In this document: positions 1-12,626 of the stretch, in pieces
How positions within the stretch are numbered: position 1 is the first letter of the stretch
Layout of the letters: every line of letters starts with the position of its first letter
NCBI GenBank assembly: GCA_002104905.1
Contig: MCFE01000724.1
Span: 1-42,087, forward strand
Reading direction: 5' to 3'
DNA: 42,087 bases
Origin: Basidiobolus meristosporus CBS 931.73
Lineage: Eukaryota; Fungi; Basidiobolomycota
Position numbers and translations under genes: made by a program
Notes under the pieces: model-generated
Databases searched by the model: none
Told to the model about the DNA's origin: nothing
The model's input: the letters and a program-made list of their open reading frames with translations, nothing else

Positions 1-170
1 ACATAGATATGAGACATCATTTCATACAAGAAGCTATAGAGAATAACTTAGTTAGCTTAGCTTACTGTACTTCAGACAAAATGATAGCAGACATATTCAC
101 AAAGCCAATAGTTTCAGACTAGTTTGAATATCTTAGGTCAATATTAGGACTAGTCAGTATGAACATTTAG
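1..170 (+). pseudogene. 3' end of Ty1/copia pol (RNase H C-terminus) of an upstream tandem unit, truncated by window start
   Basis: Translates as IDMRHHFIQEAIENNLVSLAYCTSDKMIADIFTKP, the standard copia RNase H tail (HIDIRxHF...ADIFTK), with one internal stop. Followed by purine-rich ctgagtgggag (171-181, PPT-like) and an LTR. Confidence 0.93.
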
Positions 171-181
171 CTGAGTGGGAG

Positions 182-529
182 TGTTGTAAGAATTTGTAAT
201 TCCACCTAAATATTGGCCTATCTTAGTCACATAGATCATTAACTTCAAATCCTAGAGGACACTGACCAAATACCTTGTTGGGATTTACTTGGAATATTTT
301 CACCAAAATACCAGGTACCCAGAACATGAAAATTCTCAAAGTTGCCCAAACAGCCCCAAACTCTGCACACATGTTCTTGGGGCCTTTCTTAACCTACTCT
401 ACATGTTTGCAATACCAAGATCATGTAAAAGTATAAATACTACTTTCACATTCAATAAATCATTAAGTGAAAGCCACATAATCTACTCTCCTCCCAGTCA
501 CTTCCAATATCTTCAAGACTCTTACAACA
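182..529 (+). repeat. Copia LTR 1 (348 bp), shared between two tandem units
   Basis: TGTTGTAAGA...TCTTACAACA terminal inverted repeat. Same sequence at 4152-4500, 7822-8170 and 23954-24302. Preceded by a PPT and followed by PBS + gag. Confidence 0.95.
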
Positions 530-541
530 GGGTATGAGCCC
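530..541 (+). other. Copia primer-binding site, half-tRNA initiator-Met type
   Basis: gggtatgagccc directly after the LTR; one mismatch to GGTTATGAGCCC, the complement of the GGGCTCATAACC anticodon arm of fungal-type tRNA-iMet. Half-tRNA priming is known for Ty5 and Drosophila copia. Confidence 0.7.
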
Positions 542-3500
542 CAAGCTGTCACTCTCTGCAATATCTACTACTCATACTACTGGAATTTTCCCTCTGCTGA
601 AAAGTGGGATGGATCTAACTACCAAGTGTGGAAGGTGAAGATGATGATGCTGCTATAAGAAAGAGGCCTTTGGGATATTGTCATTGGAGAAGAATGCCTT
701 CCTAAAAACATGGGAGAGGAAGCCCTCAAGTACCAAAAGAAAGAGAAAAGTGCCTTTAACTGCATTTGCCTTGATGTTAAGGACAAATTGCAAGTTCAAT
801 GCTCAAGAGCAAAAATAGCAAAGAATGCCTGGAAGGCATTAGAATACACCTACCAGTTAGGCTCAGCTGAGAAAATGTATCTGAGACAAAAATTCTTTAC
901 TATAAAGATGCTACCAGGAGAAGAAATGAAAATTCTAATTAACAGAATTACCCTGCTGGTAGACAAAATGGAATCTGTGGGTGTACCAACTACTGATGAG
1001 GATGTGATAGTTACCATCCTGAATAGCCTGACAGACATGTTTCCGGGCCTTGTATCAGCCCTGGAGTCCAGACCTGAAGATTTGACCTTAAATTACATAT
1101 ATGGTAGGCTCCTGGATGAAAGATTAAGAAAATGCTTTTATAAGCAATGGTAACCAGCAAAGTAGGTACCCAATACCCTACAAAGGCAACAGTAACCTGT
1201 TTTGCATCTACTGCAAAAGGAAAGGACACACATCAGACCAGTACTTCAAAAAGAAAGATAGTTAGCAGAAAAAGCCTGAATATGGAAACGCTGCAACAAG
1301 TGAAGATAGACTATTCATATCTGCACTAAATATGACCACAAACAAGAATTCTCAGAAGTGGTATACTTACTCTGGAGGATCTCAAAACTTTACACTTCAA
1401 AAAGAAATTTTTACCCAATATCAAGAAATTCCAATCAAGAAGATTTTCATGGGTGACAATAGAACACTTGATGCAGTGAAGAAGGAACTATCCAAGTAAA
1501 CCTAAGAAGCAGTAAAGGAAGCCATACACTGACCTTTAAAGAAGTACTCTATGTACCAGAAATAGCCAAGAACCTAGTAACTGTAAGCAAGGCCACTGCA
1601 GAAGGACTCAGTTTCAGCTTTGACATTTCTGGATGCAAGATCACTGATCAAAATGGTCCACATATTGCTTTTGGTATCAGAGATCAGAATCTATACAAGC
1701 TGGCTTATATTACATCATATTTGGAAGCCAATATAAATAACTTAAATGAAGAAACACCAATGCTTTGGCACAGGAGATTTGGGCACATCAATTATGATTA
1801 CTTGCGCAAAATGATCAAAGATCAGCAAATTTCTCGAGTAAAAGTTGATCCCCCAGCTGATTTGGAGCACTGTGAAGCCTGCATATATGTGAAACAAGCT
1901 AGACAACCATTCACGAGCTCTGGGTTAGTCAAAACTAAGAAAAAATTAAATCCAGTTCACTCATATCTGTGCGGACCTATGCAAAAGTTATCCTTAGGTG
2001 GGATGAAGTATTTAATCACCTTTATTGATAATTATACAAGATACACATGGGTCTACTTCATGGAGAGAAAGGCAGATGATCTGTCTAAGTTCAGGGAGCT
2101 TAAACCATGGTGGAGAGAGAAACTAGTGAAAAAAGCAAGAAAATGCACTCTGACAATGGTGGAGAATATACCTCAGAACTCTTCATCCACTTCTGCAAAA
2201 TTCATGGGATAAAGCAAGAGACTACAGTACCATACTCCCCACTGCCAAATGGAGTAGCAGAATGTACTAACAGATCAATAATTGATATGGCAATATCCAT
2301 GATCCATGATCAAAAGGTATCCTATAATTTTTAGCTGGAATCAGCTGCCACTGCTGTACATCTTAAAAATAGGAGTTATAACAGAGCAAAACAATGACAA
2401 TTTTTTTACTCCAGAGGACTCTACAACTGTGGCTCAGTCTGAAGCAGTACCTAGGAATATCCCAGAAGTGATCATTCTAGTATCAAAAGCCTGGAGATCC
2501 AATTGGACAAGAAATAGCCCAAGTTACTATATCAAAGTGGGCACAAACTTAACTTATACCTATTCAGTCCATATTGATGCGCCTCAGACTGCAAAAGAGG
2601 CCCTAAATAGCCCTCAGACAAAGCTTTGGAGATCTGCAATGACTGAGGAATATCAGGCCCTGATGGAAAATCAAACTTGGGACTTAGTCAAATTACCAAT
2701 CAACCAAAAATCAATTGGATGCAGATGTGTCTTCAATATAAAATAGAAGGCTAATGGTACAGTTGAAAAATAAAAAGCAAGACTTGTGGCCAAAGGATAC
2801 TGTCAAACTAAAGTACTTGACTATACTGAAACCTTTGCATTGGTAGCCAAGTTTCATTCCATCAGATTAATATTGGCTATTGCTGCCAAATATATGTGTT
2901 TTATAAATCAGATGGATGTAAAAACTGCATTTATGAATGGAGAACTTGATGAGGATGTGTATATGAACTAGCCTGATGGATTTGCCAACTAAGATGACCT
3001 CCACTTGGTCTGCAAGCTTAAAAAATCACTATATGGCCTCTAAAGCCAAGAGCCTGGAATTGCAAGATAGATTCTTATTTTGGAATCTTTGAGTATCAAA
3101 CACAGTAATGCTGACTATAGTATATACTATGAGCCAGATAAAGCAAATCCAGTTCTATTAGCTCTATATGTGGATGACTTATTATAACTGCCAATAACCT
3201 AGTAACATTGGAAGAGACTAAATCCAGCCTATCTAAGGAGTTCAAGATGTCCAATCTAGGAGAACTCAGTTACTACTTAGGGATTACGTTCTCCATAAGC
3301 AGAAGTACCCAGACTATCTCCCTTGGCCAGTCCAAGTATATTCAAGATATACTAAAGAAGTACCAAATGGAAGACTGTAAGCCAGCAGCAACCCCAATGG
3401 AGACAAACCTAAATTTGTCAAAGCTCAACCAAATTAAGAGAGCTTGGTGCCATCTGAAAGCCCTGACTTTTCTTATCAATCTATGGTTGGCAGTCCAATG

Positions 3501-4151
3501 TATATCATGCTTGGAACATGTACAGATATCTGATATTCAGTAGGAGTTGTCAGCCAACATAATCAGAACTATGGATCTGATCATATTGCAGCAGTTAAGT
3601 GGATTTTTAGATTCCTATAAGGAACTGCTGATATCTGCTTAAAATATACTTATAAGAATTCAGAACAGGATCTGGTGGGATACTCTGATGCTGATAGGGG
3701 ACAAAATTTAAAAGACAGAAGATTCACCACAGGATACACCTTTCTTTACTGTCAAGGAGCAATTGCATGGAATTCAAGTAAGCAACCAACCATGCACTTT
3801 CTACTACAAATGCAGAGTACATGGCAGCCTGTGAAGCAATAAAAGAAGCAATGTGGCTAAGAAAGCTTTTTACAGATTTAGGCCTATGTCAAAAAATGCC
3901 TATTACTTTATTTCAAGATAATCAAGGATATATACAATTAGGTAGAAATCCAACTTTTCATGCTAGAACCAAGCACATAGATATTAGACATCATTCCATA
4001 TGTGAAGCTATAGAGAATAACTTAGCTTAGTTTACTGTCCTACAGATGAAATGGTTGCCAACATATTTACCAAACCATTTGCTAGAGAGAAGTGTGAATA
4101 TCTTAGGTCAAAATTAGGACTAGTCAGTATGAACATTTAGCTGAGTAAGAG
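530..4151 (+). pseudogene. Copia unit A internal region: degenerate gag-PR-IN-RT-RH
   Basis: gag N-terminus EKWDGSNYQVWKVKMMMLL*ERGLWDIV; UBN2-like gag (710-1153); PR WYTYSGGS; GAG-pre-integrase LWHRRFGH; IN VHSYLCGP, SDNGGEY, NGVAE; [22 protein letters not shown]; RH RTKHIDIRHH. Many stops and frameshifts. About 320 bp deleted relative to unit B near 2380. Confidence 0.95.
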
Positions 4152-4500
4152 TGTTGTAAAAATTTGTAATACCACCTAAATATTCACCTAACTTAGTCAC
4201 TTAGATCATTACCTTCGAATCCTAGAGGATATTGACCAAGTACCTTGTTGGGTTTTACTTAGAATATTTTCACTAAAATACCGGGTACCCTGAACATGAA
4301 AATTATCAAAGTAGTCCAAACAGCCCCAAGCTTTGCACACATGTTCTTGGGACCTTTCTTAGCTTATTCTATGTGTTTGTAATGTCAAGACCATATCAAA
4401 GTATAAATACACCTTTCACAATCAATAAATCATTAAGTGAAAACCACATATTCTACCTGTCCTCCCAATCACTTCTAATATCTTCAAGACTCTTACAACA
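4152..4500 (+). repeat. Copia LTR 2 (349 bp), shared between units A and B
   Basis: TGTTGTAA...TTACAACA, homologous to LTR 1, preceded by PPT-like ctgagtaagag. Confidence 0.95.
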
Positions 4501-7500
4501 AAAGGAAGTACCCAAGACCCTACAAAGGCAACAGCAACCTGTTTTGCAACTACTGCAAAAGGAAAGGACACACATTATACCAGTGTCTCAAAAAGTGAGA
4601 TAATGAGCAAAAGAAGCCTGAATATGGAAATGCTGCAACAAGTGAAGATAGACTATTCATATCTGCACTAAATATGACCACAAACAAGAATTCTCAGAAG
4701 TGGTATACTTACTCTGGAGCATCTCAACACTTTACACACCAAAAAGAACTTTTTACCCAATATCAAGAAATTCCAATCAAGAAGATTTTCATGGGTGACA
4801 ATGGAACACTTGATGCAGTGAAGAAGAAACTATCCAAGTAAACCTAAGAAGCAGTAAAGGAAGCCATACACTGACCTTTAAAGAAGTACTCTATGTACCA
4901 GAAATAGCCAAGAACCTAGTAACTGTAAGCAAGGCCACTGCAGAAGGACTCAGTTTCAGCTTTGACATTTCTGGATGCAAGATCACTGATCAAAATGGTC
5001 CACATATTGCTTTTGGTATCAGAGATCAGAACCTATACAAGTTGGCTTATATTACATCATATTTGGAAGCCAATATAAATAACTTAAGTGAAGAAACACC
5101 AATGATTTGGCTGAGGAGGCTTGGGGATATCAATTTTGATTTTTTGCGCAAAATGATCAAAGATAAGCTACATTCTGGAGTAAAAATTGATCCTCCAGCT
5201 GATTTGGAGCACTGTGAAGCCTGCATATATGTGAAACAAACCAGACAACTATTTAATAGCCCTGGGTTAGTCAAAACTAAGAAAAAATTAAATCCAGTTC
5301 ACTCATATCTGTGTGGACCTATGCGAAATTTATCCTTAGGTGGGATGAAGTATTTAATCACCTTTATTGATAATTATACAAGATACACATTAGTCTACTT
5401 CATGGAAAGAAAGGAAGAAGCTCTGTCTAAGTTCAGGGAGCTTAAAGCCATGGTGGAGAGAGAAACTAGTGAAAAAAGCAAGAAAATGCACTCTGACAAT
5501 GGTGGAGAATATAACTCAAAACTCTTCATCCACTTCTGCAAATTCATAGGATAAAGCAAGAGACTACCGTACCATACTCCCCACTGCTAAATGAAGTAGC
5601 AGAATGTGTTAACAGATCAATAATTGAAATGGCAAAATCCATGATGCATGATCAAAAATCATCCTATGATTTTTAGGCAGAATCAGTTGCCACAGCTCTA
5701 TACCTTAAGAATAGGAGTTATAGCAGAATTCTTTGTGATTCTACTCCATTTGAAGCATAGTATGGGTACAGACCAAGTGCAAAACATCCAAGAATATTTG
5801 AGTGTACAGTATATGCCAAGAAACTGCCTGGAAATCAGTCAAAATTTGAACCAGAAAGTGTAAAATGCATATTTTTGGGTTACTGCAATGAGAGTAAAGC
5901 ATGCAGACTCTACAATACCAAAGTAAAGAAGCTGATCAAGTCCAGGGATATGTTTTTTGATGCAAATTCCAAATTTTCACAAAAAATGACACCAGATGAT
6001 TACAAAAATCTGATCTCAAGTCTACCAATTGTCAGGTTTAAATCAGAGCAAAGCAATGAAGGTTTTTTCACCCCAGAGAACTCTACAACTGTACTTCAGC
6101 CTGAAGCAGTGTCCAGGAATATACGAGATGTGATCATTATAGTATCAAATGCCTGGAGATCAAATCAGAAAAGAAATAGCCCAAATTACTATATCAAAGA
6201 GTGTACAAACTTTGCCTATACCTATTCAGTCCATATTGATGAGCCCCAGACTGCAAACAAGGCCCAAAATATCCATCAGACAAAGTTTTGGAGATCTGCA
6301 ACAACTGAGGAATATGAGGCCCTGATGGAAAATCAAACTTGGGACTTGGTCAAATTATCAATCAACCAAAAATCAATTGGATGCAGATGGGTCTTCAATA
6401 CAAAATACAAGGCTAATGGTACAGTTGAAAAATAAAACGCAAGATTTGTGGCCAAAGGATACTCTCAAACAAAAGGACTTGACTGTACTGCAACCTTTGC
6501 ACCAGTAGCCAAATTTAATTCCATCAGATTAATATTGGCTATTGCAGCCAAATGTAGGTTTTTTATTTCTCAAATGGATGTAAAAACTGCATTTTTGAAT
6601 GAATAATTTGATGAGGACATGTATATGAACCAGCCTGATGGATTTGTGGACCAAGATAACCCCCACTTGGTCTGCAAGCTGAAAAAGTCACTAGATGGTC
6701 TCAAACAATCACCAAAAGGCTGAAATTGCAAGATAGATTCATATTTGGAATCTTTGAGTTTCAAACACAGTAATGCTGACAATAGTATATATTGCAAGCC
6801 AGATAGAGCAAGTCCAGTTCTAATAGCTCTATATGTGGATGATCATATTATAGCCACCAATAACCTGGCAACATTGGAAGAGACTTAATCCAGCCTATCT
6901 AAGGAGTTCAAGACATCCAATCTAGGAGAACTTGGTTACTACTTAGGGATTATGCTCTCCATAGACAGAGTACCCAGACTATTACCCTAAGCCAATCCAA
7001 GTATACTCAAGAAATACAAAAGAAGCACCAAATGGAAGACTGTAAACCGGCAGCTACCCCTATGGAGACCAACCTTAACTTGACCAAAACATAACCAAAT
7101 CAAGAGAGCTTGGTGCCATCTAAAAGCCCTGACTTTCCATATCAATCTATGGCTGGCAGTCTAATACATACTGTGCTTGGAACATGCCCAGATATCTCAT
7201 ATTCAGTAGGAGTTGTCAGCTAACATAATCAGAACTATGGACCTGATCATATTGCAGCAGTTAAGTGGATTTTTAGATACCTATAAGGAACTGCTGATGT
7301 CTGCTAAGATAGACTTATAAGGATTCAGAACAGGATCATGTGCAATACTCTGATACTGATTGGGGACAAAACTTGTCAGTCAGAAGATCCATTACAGGTC
7401 ACACCTTTCTTTCCCATAAAGGAGCAATTTCAAGGAATTCAAGTATGCAACCAACCGTAGCACTTTCTACCACAGAGGCAGAGTATATGGCAGCCTGTGA

Positions 7501-7821
7501 AGCTACAAGAGAAGCAATATGGTTAAGAAGGCTTTTTATAGATTTTGGCCTATGCCAAAAAACGCCTATTACATTATTTCAAGATACTCAAGGATGTATA
7601 TAATTAGGTAGAAATCCAACTTTTCATGCTAGTACTAAGCACATAGATATTAGACATCATTTCATACAGGAAGCTATAGGGAATAACTTAGTTAGCTTAG
7701 TTTACTGTACTTTAGACAAAGCAATTGCAGACACATTTACAAAACCATAAGCTACAGACAAGTTTGAATATCTTAGGTCAATATTAGGACTAGTCAGTAT
7801 GAACATTTAGCTGAGTGAGAG
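4501..7821 (+). pseudogene. Copia unit B internal region, lacking PBS and the first ~630 bp of gag
   Basis: Begins right after LTR 2 with sequence matching unit A at about 1160. Has PR, IN (5042-5554), IN C-terminus (GYCNESKACRLYN), RT and RH motifs with stops. Confidence 0.95.
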
Positions 7822-8170
7822 TGTTGTAAAAGCTTGTAGTTCCACCTAAATACTCCCCTATCTTAGTCACTCAGATCATTACCTTCAAATCCTAGAGGAT
7901 GCTGACCAAATTCCTTGTTGGGATTTTCTTAGAATATCTTCATCAAAATACCAGGTACCCAGAACATGAAAATTTTCACAGTTGTCCATACATCCCCAAA
8001 CTTTGCAAACATGTTCTTGGGACCTTCCTTAATTTACTTTATGAGTTTGTATTGCTAAGACCATGTAAAAGTATAAATACAACTTTTACATTCAATAAAT
8101 CATTAAGTGAAAACCACATAATCTACTTGTCCTCCAAATCACTACCAATGTCTCCAAGACTCCTACAACA
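7822..8170 (+). repeat. Copia LTR 3 (349 bp), right end of the tandem array
   Basis: TGTTGTAA...CTACAACA, homologous to LTR 1 and 2; followed by unrelated gypsy sequence. Confidence 0.95.
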
Positions 8171-8768
8171 GAAAGAACCTATATAGTACAACTTGCTTTC
8201 TAGGGCAGTTCCTTGAGTCTCAAACACTCCTTCAATATGAATGAGCTAAGGTCCTAGGTTCTAATTGACTTTGCCATGGTTGCAGCTGACCTTCACACTA
8301 GAGTTGCTGTAAATAGGAATTTGCAAGTTCTGTGACATGGTAATCCTCCCTTGTTGCTGTTGGCTAAGAAGCTTGAGTAACTATTGTGGGTGGGTCAGAA
8401 CTTGTTGCAATGTATATCCATTTGTGACTTTCTATCTTCTTGATTGTTGTTTATTTTTTCACTACAAGGGAGGTTTTGGCTAATGCTGCTACCAATTTTA
8501 CAAGTCATGATATACAAGAGCTGCAGAGTAACAAGGAGCTTTGCTAGTATTCAGTTAACTGAAGCTTAGACTGATTTTATTCAGGTCACAACAGCACCTT
8601 TTGCACATTTTATCAGATTAGGTGCTGACTAATGATATTTCCTAATTTAGGCTATGGCTGGTGACTCATTTGGTTACTGTATTGTCACCCAGTAGGAATT
8701 TACCTAACAAATGAATTGCTGGCTGATAAAACTGATCTGATTAAGCATTCAAGTGCTAAATTGTAACA
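8171..8768 (-). mobile_element. Old gypsy G1 fragment: 5' gag region, PBS and internally deleted 5' LTR (8496-8768); host of the copia array
   Basis: 8171-8300 aligns with G1 gag at about 41415-41550. tgctgctacca PBS complement ends at 8494. LTR-like sequence t(t)ttacaag...ttgtaaca is homologous to 41741 onward. Confidence 0.8.
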
Positions 8769-9499
8769 ATCTTGCCCAAATCTACAACTTTCCCAGCATC
8801 ACGTGTAGTATTCAGTGTCCTGAACTTGATCATTATTACACCAGTATAGAAATTTCAAAGCTGGCAGCTTACAGTTCAAGTTTTACTAGCTAATCACCAC
8901 TTGGCTATAAAAAAGCCTCATCTGAGAGATCCTGGACTATACAGATGCCCTTGATTGCTGAAAACCTACTGAAAGATTGCTTCAAGAGACCCTTGTGCTC
9001 TAAATATGCCCACTTAGGCTCCCCTGTAGTGTACAGTCCCCTTCAGTAACCACTTGAAGAGTCCTCTTTTATCTGGAGTCACTCCATTAGACAGCCTCAC
9101 AGGTCTAAGGTACACTTTAGAGACACTAAAAGCATATTTCTTTACATTTGAAAAGAGTTTTGTGTCCAAGAAAAAATCTCTTCTGACAAAGGAAAGTGGC
9201 TACAAAATTATGTAAAGCTACCAAACAATATATACTCAATAGTCTACAAAGATTAGCACTCTGCTATAGGAGTAGAATATACCACTTATAGTACATTTTG
9301 GGCCTAAGACCAGATAAGGCAATGAAAGTTCATCCTCTATTAATATATCAAACTCCTAAGTACTATTTCAGAAATTACATACTGGAAGATGTGGTATATT
9401 ATAGATTAGCCTCCTTGTCATTGAGCAAACCCTAAACTACCTTTGATATATCAAAACAGATCAAGCAGTCAGGCAAAGCAACAATATCTATAAAACAGA

Positions 9500-10619
9500 C
9501 AACTATCAAAGTTCTTACGGTGGGGCTTTGCAGCATTATTGGGATACCAAATGGTTGCTGTATTGCTTTAACAGCAGTGCATAAAACTGCAGATTTTTTC
9601 CTTAAAACAAGTCAAGTTACAAGTACTATCATATCCCAATCTCATCAAGAATATTACCTTCAAGGCCATCATGGATGCAATGAGTTGGCACATGGAGGAC
9701 AGCCAGGAAGAGTTGGAAAATACAGAGGACAGATGTGCACATGGAGACACCTATGCCTATGGCATTAAGAAGCTAAGCAGCCTTAAGGTGTGGGTAATCA
9801 GTTAGGTAATGCAAAGCTGAGTTGTGTGCAACAAGCAACTAATTTTTATTAGGAAAACTCTACCAAGGTGCACCAAGTTTCTCTTGGTCACAAGCCAATT
9901 CCTACACTAATCAATACAGAATTTACACAAATAAGAGCCAGAATGCGTCTATAAGGGGGACTAGAATCAAGTAGGGAGAAGGAATACAGTGGCTAATTAT
10001 CAAAATGTTCTTTGCAGATACTCAGGAGGTATTCATGGCAGAAGTGACAGCAGCCAAGCATATGCTTGCAAGATGTATACATTACCAGCAATACAAGGAA
10101 TATGGCAACTTTGCAAGCATCATGCAAGAAAGCTGTAAAGTTGAGGTGATACAAGTATGCCAATTGTTGCAGGTGTGAGCATTTGTAGAGGTTAGTAAGC
10201 TAGAGGCCATGGTATTTTTCAATTCAAACTATATGTGGAATACCCCAGGTAGTAGTTGGCAAGCAAATACAGAGGGGTTATTCAACAGTGGAATATGTAA
10301 ATTGGCAAGGGGAGGTAGAAAAAGGAAATACCATTTAGTAAATTGGTACAGTGGCATTATACAAGACTAGCTGTAGGCTGCCATACTGCTGTAATAATGC
10401 TATCAGTGGCTTGCAAAGAGGCTATCAAAGCACCATCAAGTTTTTTTACCACATAAGGCAATTGCATGAACTGGCCTATTAGATCCACTCAAATGGTGGT
10501 AAAGCACACTAAGTCTGCAAAAATGCCATGCCACCCTTGGTAAAACACCATACAAACACCATCATATTTTATCAACTTGATTTGGTGGTAAAATTAGCAA
10601 AACACTGTTGTGTTCCTGT
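9500..10619 (+). pseudogene. Degenerate L1/Tx1-like non-LTR retrotransposon reverse transcriptase
   Basis: Collinear decayed motifs over a few frames: IALTAVHK (~RPIxLLxxxYK), AIMDAMSWHMEDSQE, VVCNKQL (~VxVNG), LYQGAPS (~RQGCPLS, 9861), SIRGTRI, MFFADT (~FADDT, 10005), GGRKRKYHLVNW (~WGGxxxKxHLVxW). Confidence 0.6.
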
Positions 10620-11325
10620 TGTAGTGGGGCAGCAGTGACACCCACTGACAGATTTGCTCATTCCCATATTTTCTACTTCCCTATTTTTCAACTACCCTTA
10701 TTCAAGTTTTATCCTACTTATCTTACTTGATCAGTACTATCCCATCAGCCAGCTGACTATCACACCTGCTTACCTTATTGCATAAGTTATTCCTCACTTT
10801 ATGTACAATTACTTGATGCAAGTGCTTCTATATTAGACAGGTACTGTGCTAGTGCCTATGGCACATGACCAAACCATATCACCATCTTACCATTCTCATA
10901 CCATATGTGGTATCCCTATGTTACACAGGTTTCAGAATACTGATTCCTGACTGATTGGGAGTGCTGTGACACTTAGAACCTTCCAGCACCTACTTATAAA
11001 ATTCTTAGCTCATTCTGATCTCATTGAGATTTCTATTTTACCACCAGAACCTTCTGGAGCACCATGGTTAGTAATCACTTAGCCAGTGAGAAAAGTATAT
11101 AAGGTAGGTAATCCCTCAACAATATATCATTGTCCCTTTTGTCAATATTCCAACTTGTCAATTAGTGTGATCACTGCTACCTGCTGCTACCTGAAATTCC
11201 AACCACAGACCACAGGACACTCCCAGGAAACCACACTGACAGCCAACAGACCTTGGAGGCACTACTTATGAGGAACACTCAGAGTAGATATCTTTAATTA
11301 TATTGATTCTTTCCCAAGTTTGTTC
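10620..11325 (+). repeat. G2 solo LTR, left part (continues at 15910-16274)
   Basis: Starts tgtagtgggg, homologous to 20078 onward. Breaks at ...caagtttgttc and resumes as gttcttgtacagg at 15910. Confidence 0.9.
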
Positions 11326-11741
11326 TGTTGTGTTGTATTATGATTAGTTTGGGGCTTGTTCTACAATGTAAAAGCTAATCAATAATTTACAACAACTTGC
11401 AGTACGCTAATACTGAAATAGTTTATTGGGAGTTTGATATACCAATAGAAGATATAACTTTCACTAATATCCTCAATCTTAGGCTCAAAATATACTGTAA
11501 GCAGTGTTTATCACTGCTACAGCAGTGTTCTGACCTTCTGTCAACTAATGGGCTTATTAGACTTGTTCTGTTGGATAGTGCCACATAGTGCCAGCCGGTT
11601 TATAGTGCCGGATCAATCTGGCACTCTACGGCACTATCTGGCACTATAATTTCTACCATGATGCCAGTGGTATGATACAGTTACTGGTAATTTTACTCAA
11701 TCTTACTTATGTTGCTCAGAATAGTGCTTTCCTTGCTTTAT

Positions 11742-12626
11742 TTACTCTTCATAATGCTCCAGACACATTTCTCTCAGTGGATGTCTTCTTGTATGAACAT
11801 ACTGTGCATTGATAAGTATCTTAACTATTTTACCTATTCTGCTGTTTTCTCCTATATATGACTTTCCTCTGTATTTACCTGCCAATATGCTGAATCTCTT
11901 CAGATATCCAAATGTGTGCTCTACCCTTACTCTGAAATGATTAAATATCTCATTGTAGAGCTTCTGCTTCCTGCTAAGCACACCATTCCTTGGCTTCCTA
12001 TAAGCTGTAATACATCCTAATCTCTGACAATCCTCTCCTATATAGGCCAAGTCTGCCATACATTTCTCCCCTCTACTGAATTCAGGATGATTCTCTACCC
12101 AGAGTGCTTTGTCATGCCTACTTCCAGCAAATGGCCCACTAAACCAGATGATGTTACCCTCAATGTCAGACAGTGCTTGAAACTTCACACAGTGTGCCTT
12201 GTACTTGCCAGAATAAAAGTGCCTCTGCCCTCTAGAAGGTCTGTTAATCCTCACTGGGAAGGTATCCAAAATACTCCTGATATGGAACCTGCTGCTGAAC
12301 ACTCTGGGATATGGCAGTCTATTGGAGCTTCTGAACCTAGTATTCCAAGCTTGCTCTAAGTCATTCATACCCTCTGCAAGGTGGTTCTCCATTGCTGTCA
12401 GCTGGGAATGAAAGCTTCTAGGACTTTTGTTGCCATGGATGGTGGGATGAAACCTTGTAGGGCAATAGTTCTTGTAATAGCAGAGAAGCTTAACAAGGGA
12501 TCTCCTTGAGTAGATTGGGGTTGATGGTCCACAGTACTTGGAATAAATCTCCTCCAGTGTGTCAAAAGGAAATCCAGTGGTAGTGATGGGATTGATGAGA
12601 AAAGACCATTCAGATGAGTAAGTCAT
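11742..12626 (-). CDS. Intact DDE transposase, 294 aa (IS5/ISL2-PIF/Harbinger-related, DDE_Tnp_4 type)
   Basis: SILDTFP (D1), FYSGKYKAHCVK, GSRHD, MADLAYIG (D2), RVRVEHTFGYLKRFSIL (E). Open ATG to TAA; same span as the pseudogene at 34439-35323. Confidence 0.93.
   Translation of the reverse strand: MTYSSEWSFLINPITTTGFPFDTLEEIYSKYCGPSTPIYSRRSLVKLLCYYKNYCPTRFHPTIHGNKSPRSFHSQLTAMENHLAEGMNDLEQAWNTRFRSSNRLPYPRVFSSRFHIRSILDTFPVRINRPSRGQRHFYSGKYKAHCVKFQALSDIEGNIIWFSGPFAGSRHDKALWVENHPEFSRGEKCMADLAYIGEDCQRLGCITAYRKPRNGVLSRKQKLYNEIFNHFRVRVEHTFGYLKRFSILAGKYRGKSYIGENSRIGKIVKILINAQYVHTRRHPLREMCLEHYEE

Noticed and set aside
289-8186. Recurrent 76-95 aa ORFs at 289, 4373 and 7899
   Set aside because: They lie inside copia LTR copies, with inconsistent starts and stops and no recognisable motif; the recurrence just reflects the repeat.
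11570-11650. Short spaced TAGTGCC repeats as a CRISPR-like array
   Set aside because: Only 7-bp motifs in mixed orientation with irregular 2-20 bp spacing and no cas genes; these are transposon subterminal repeats.
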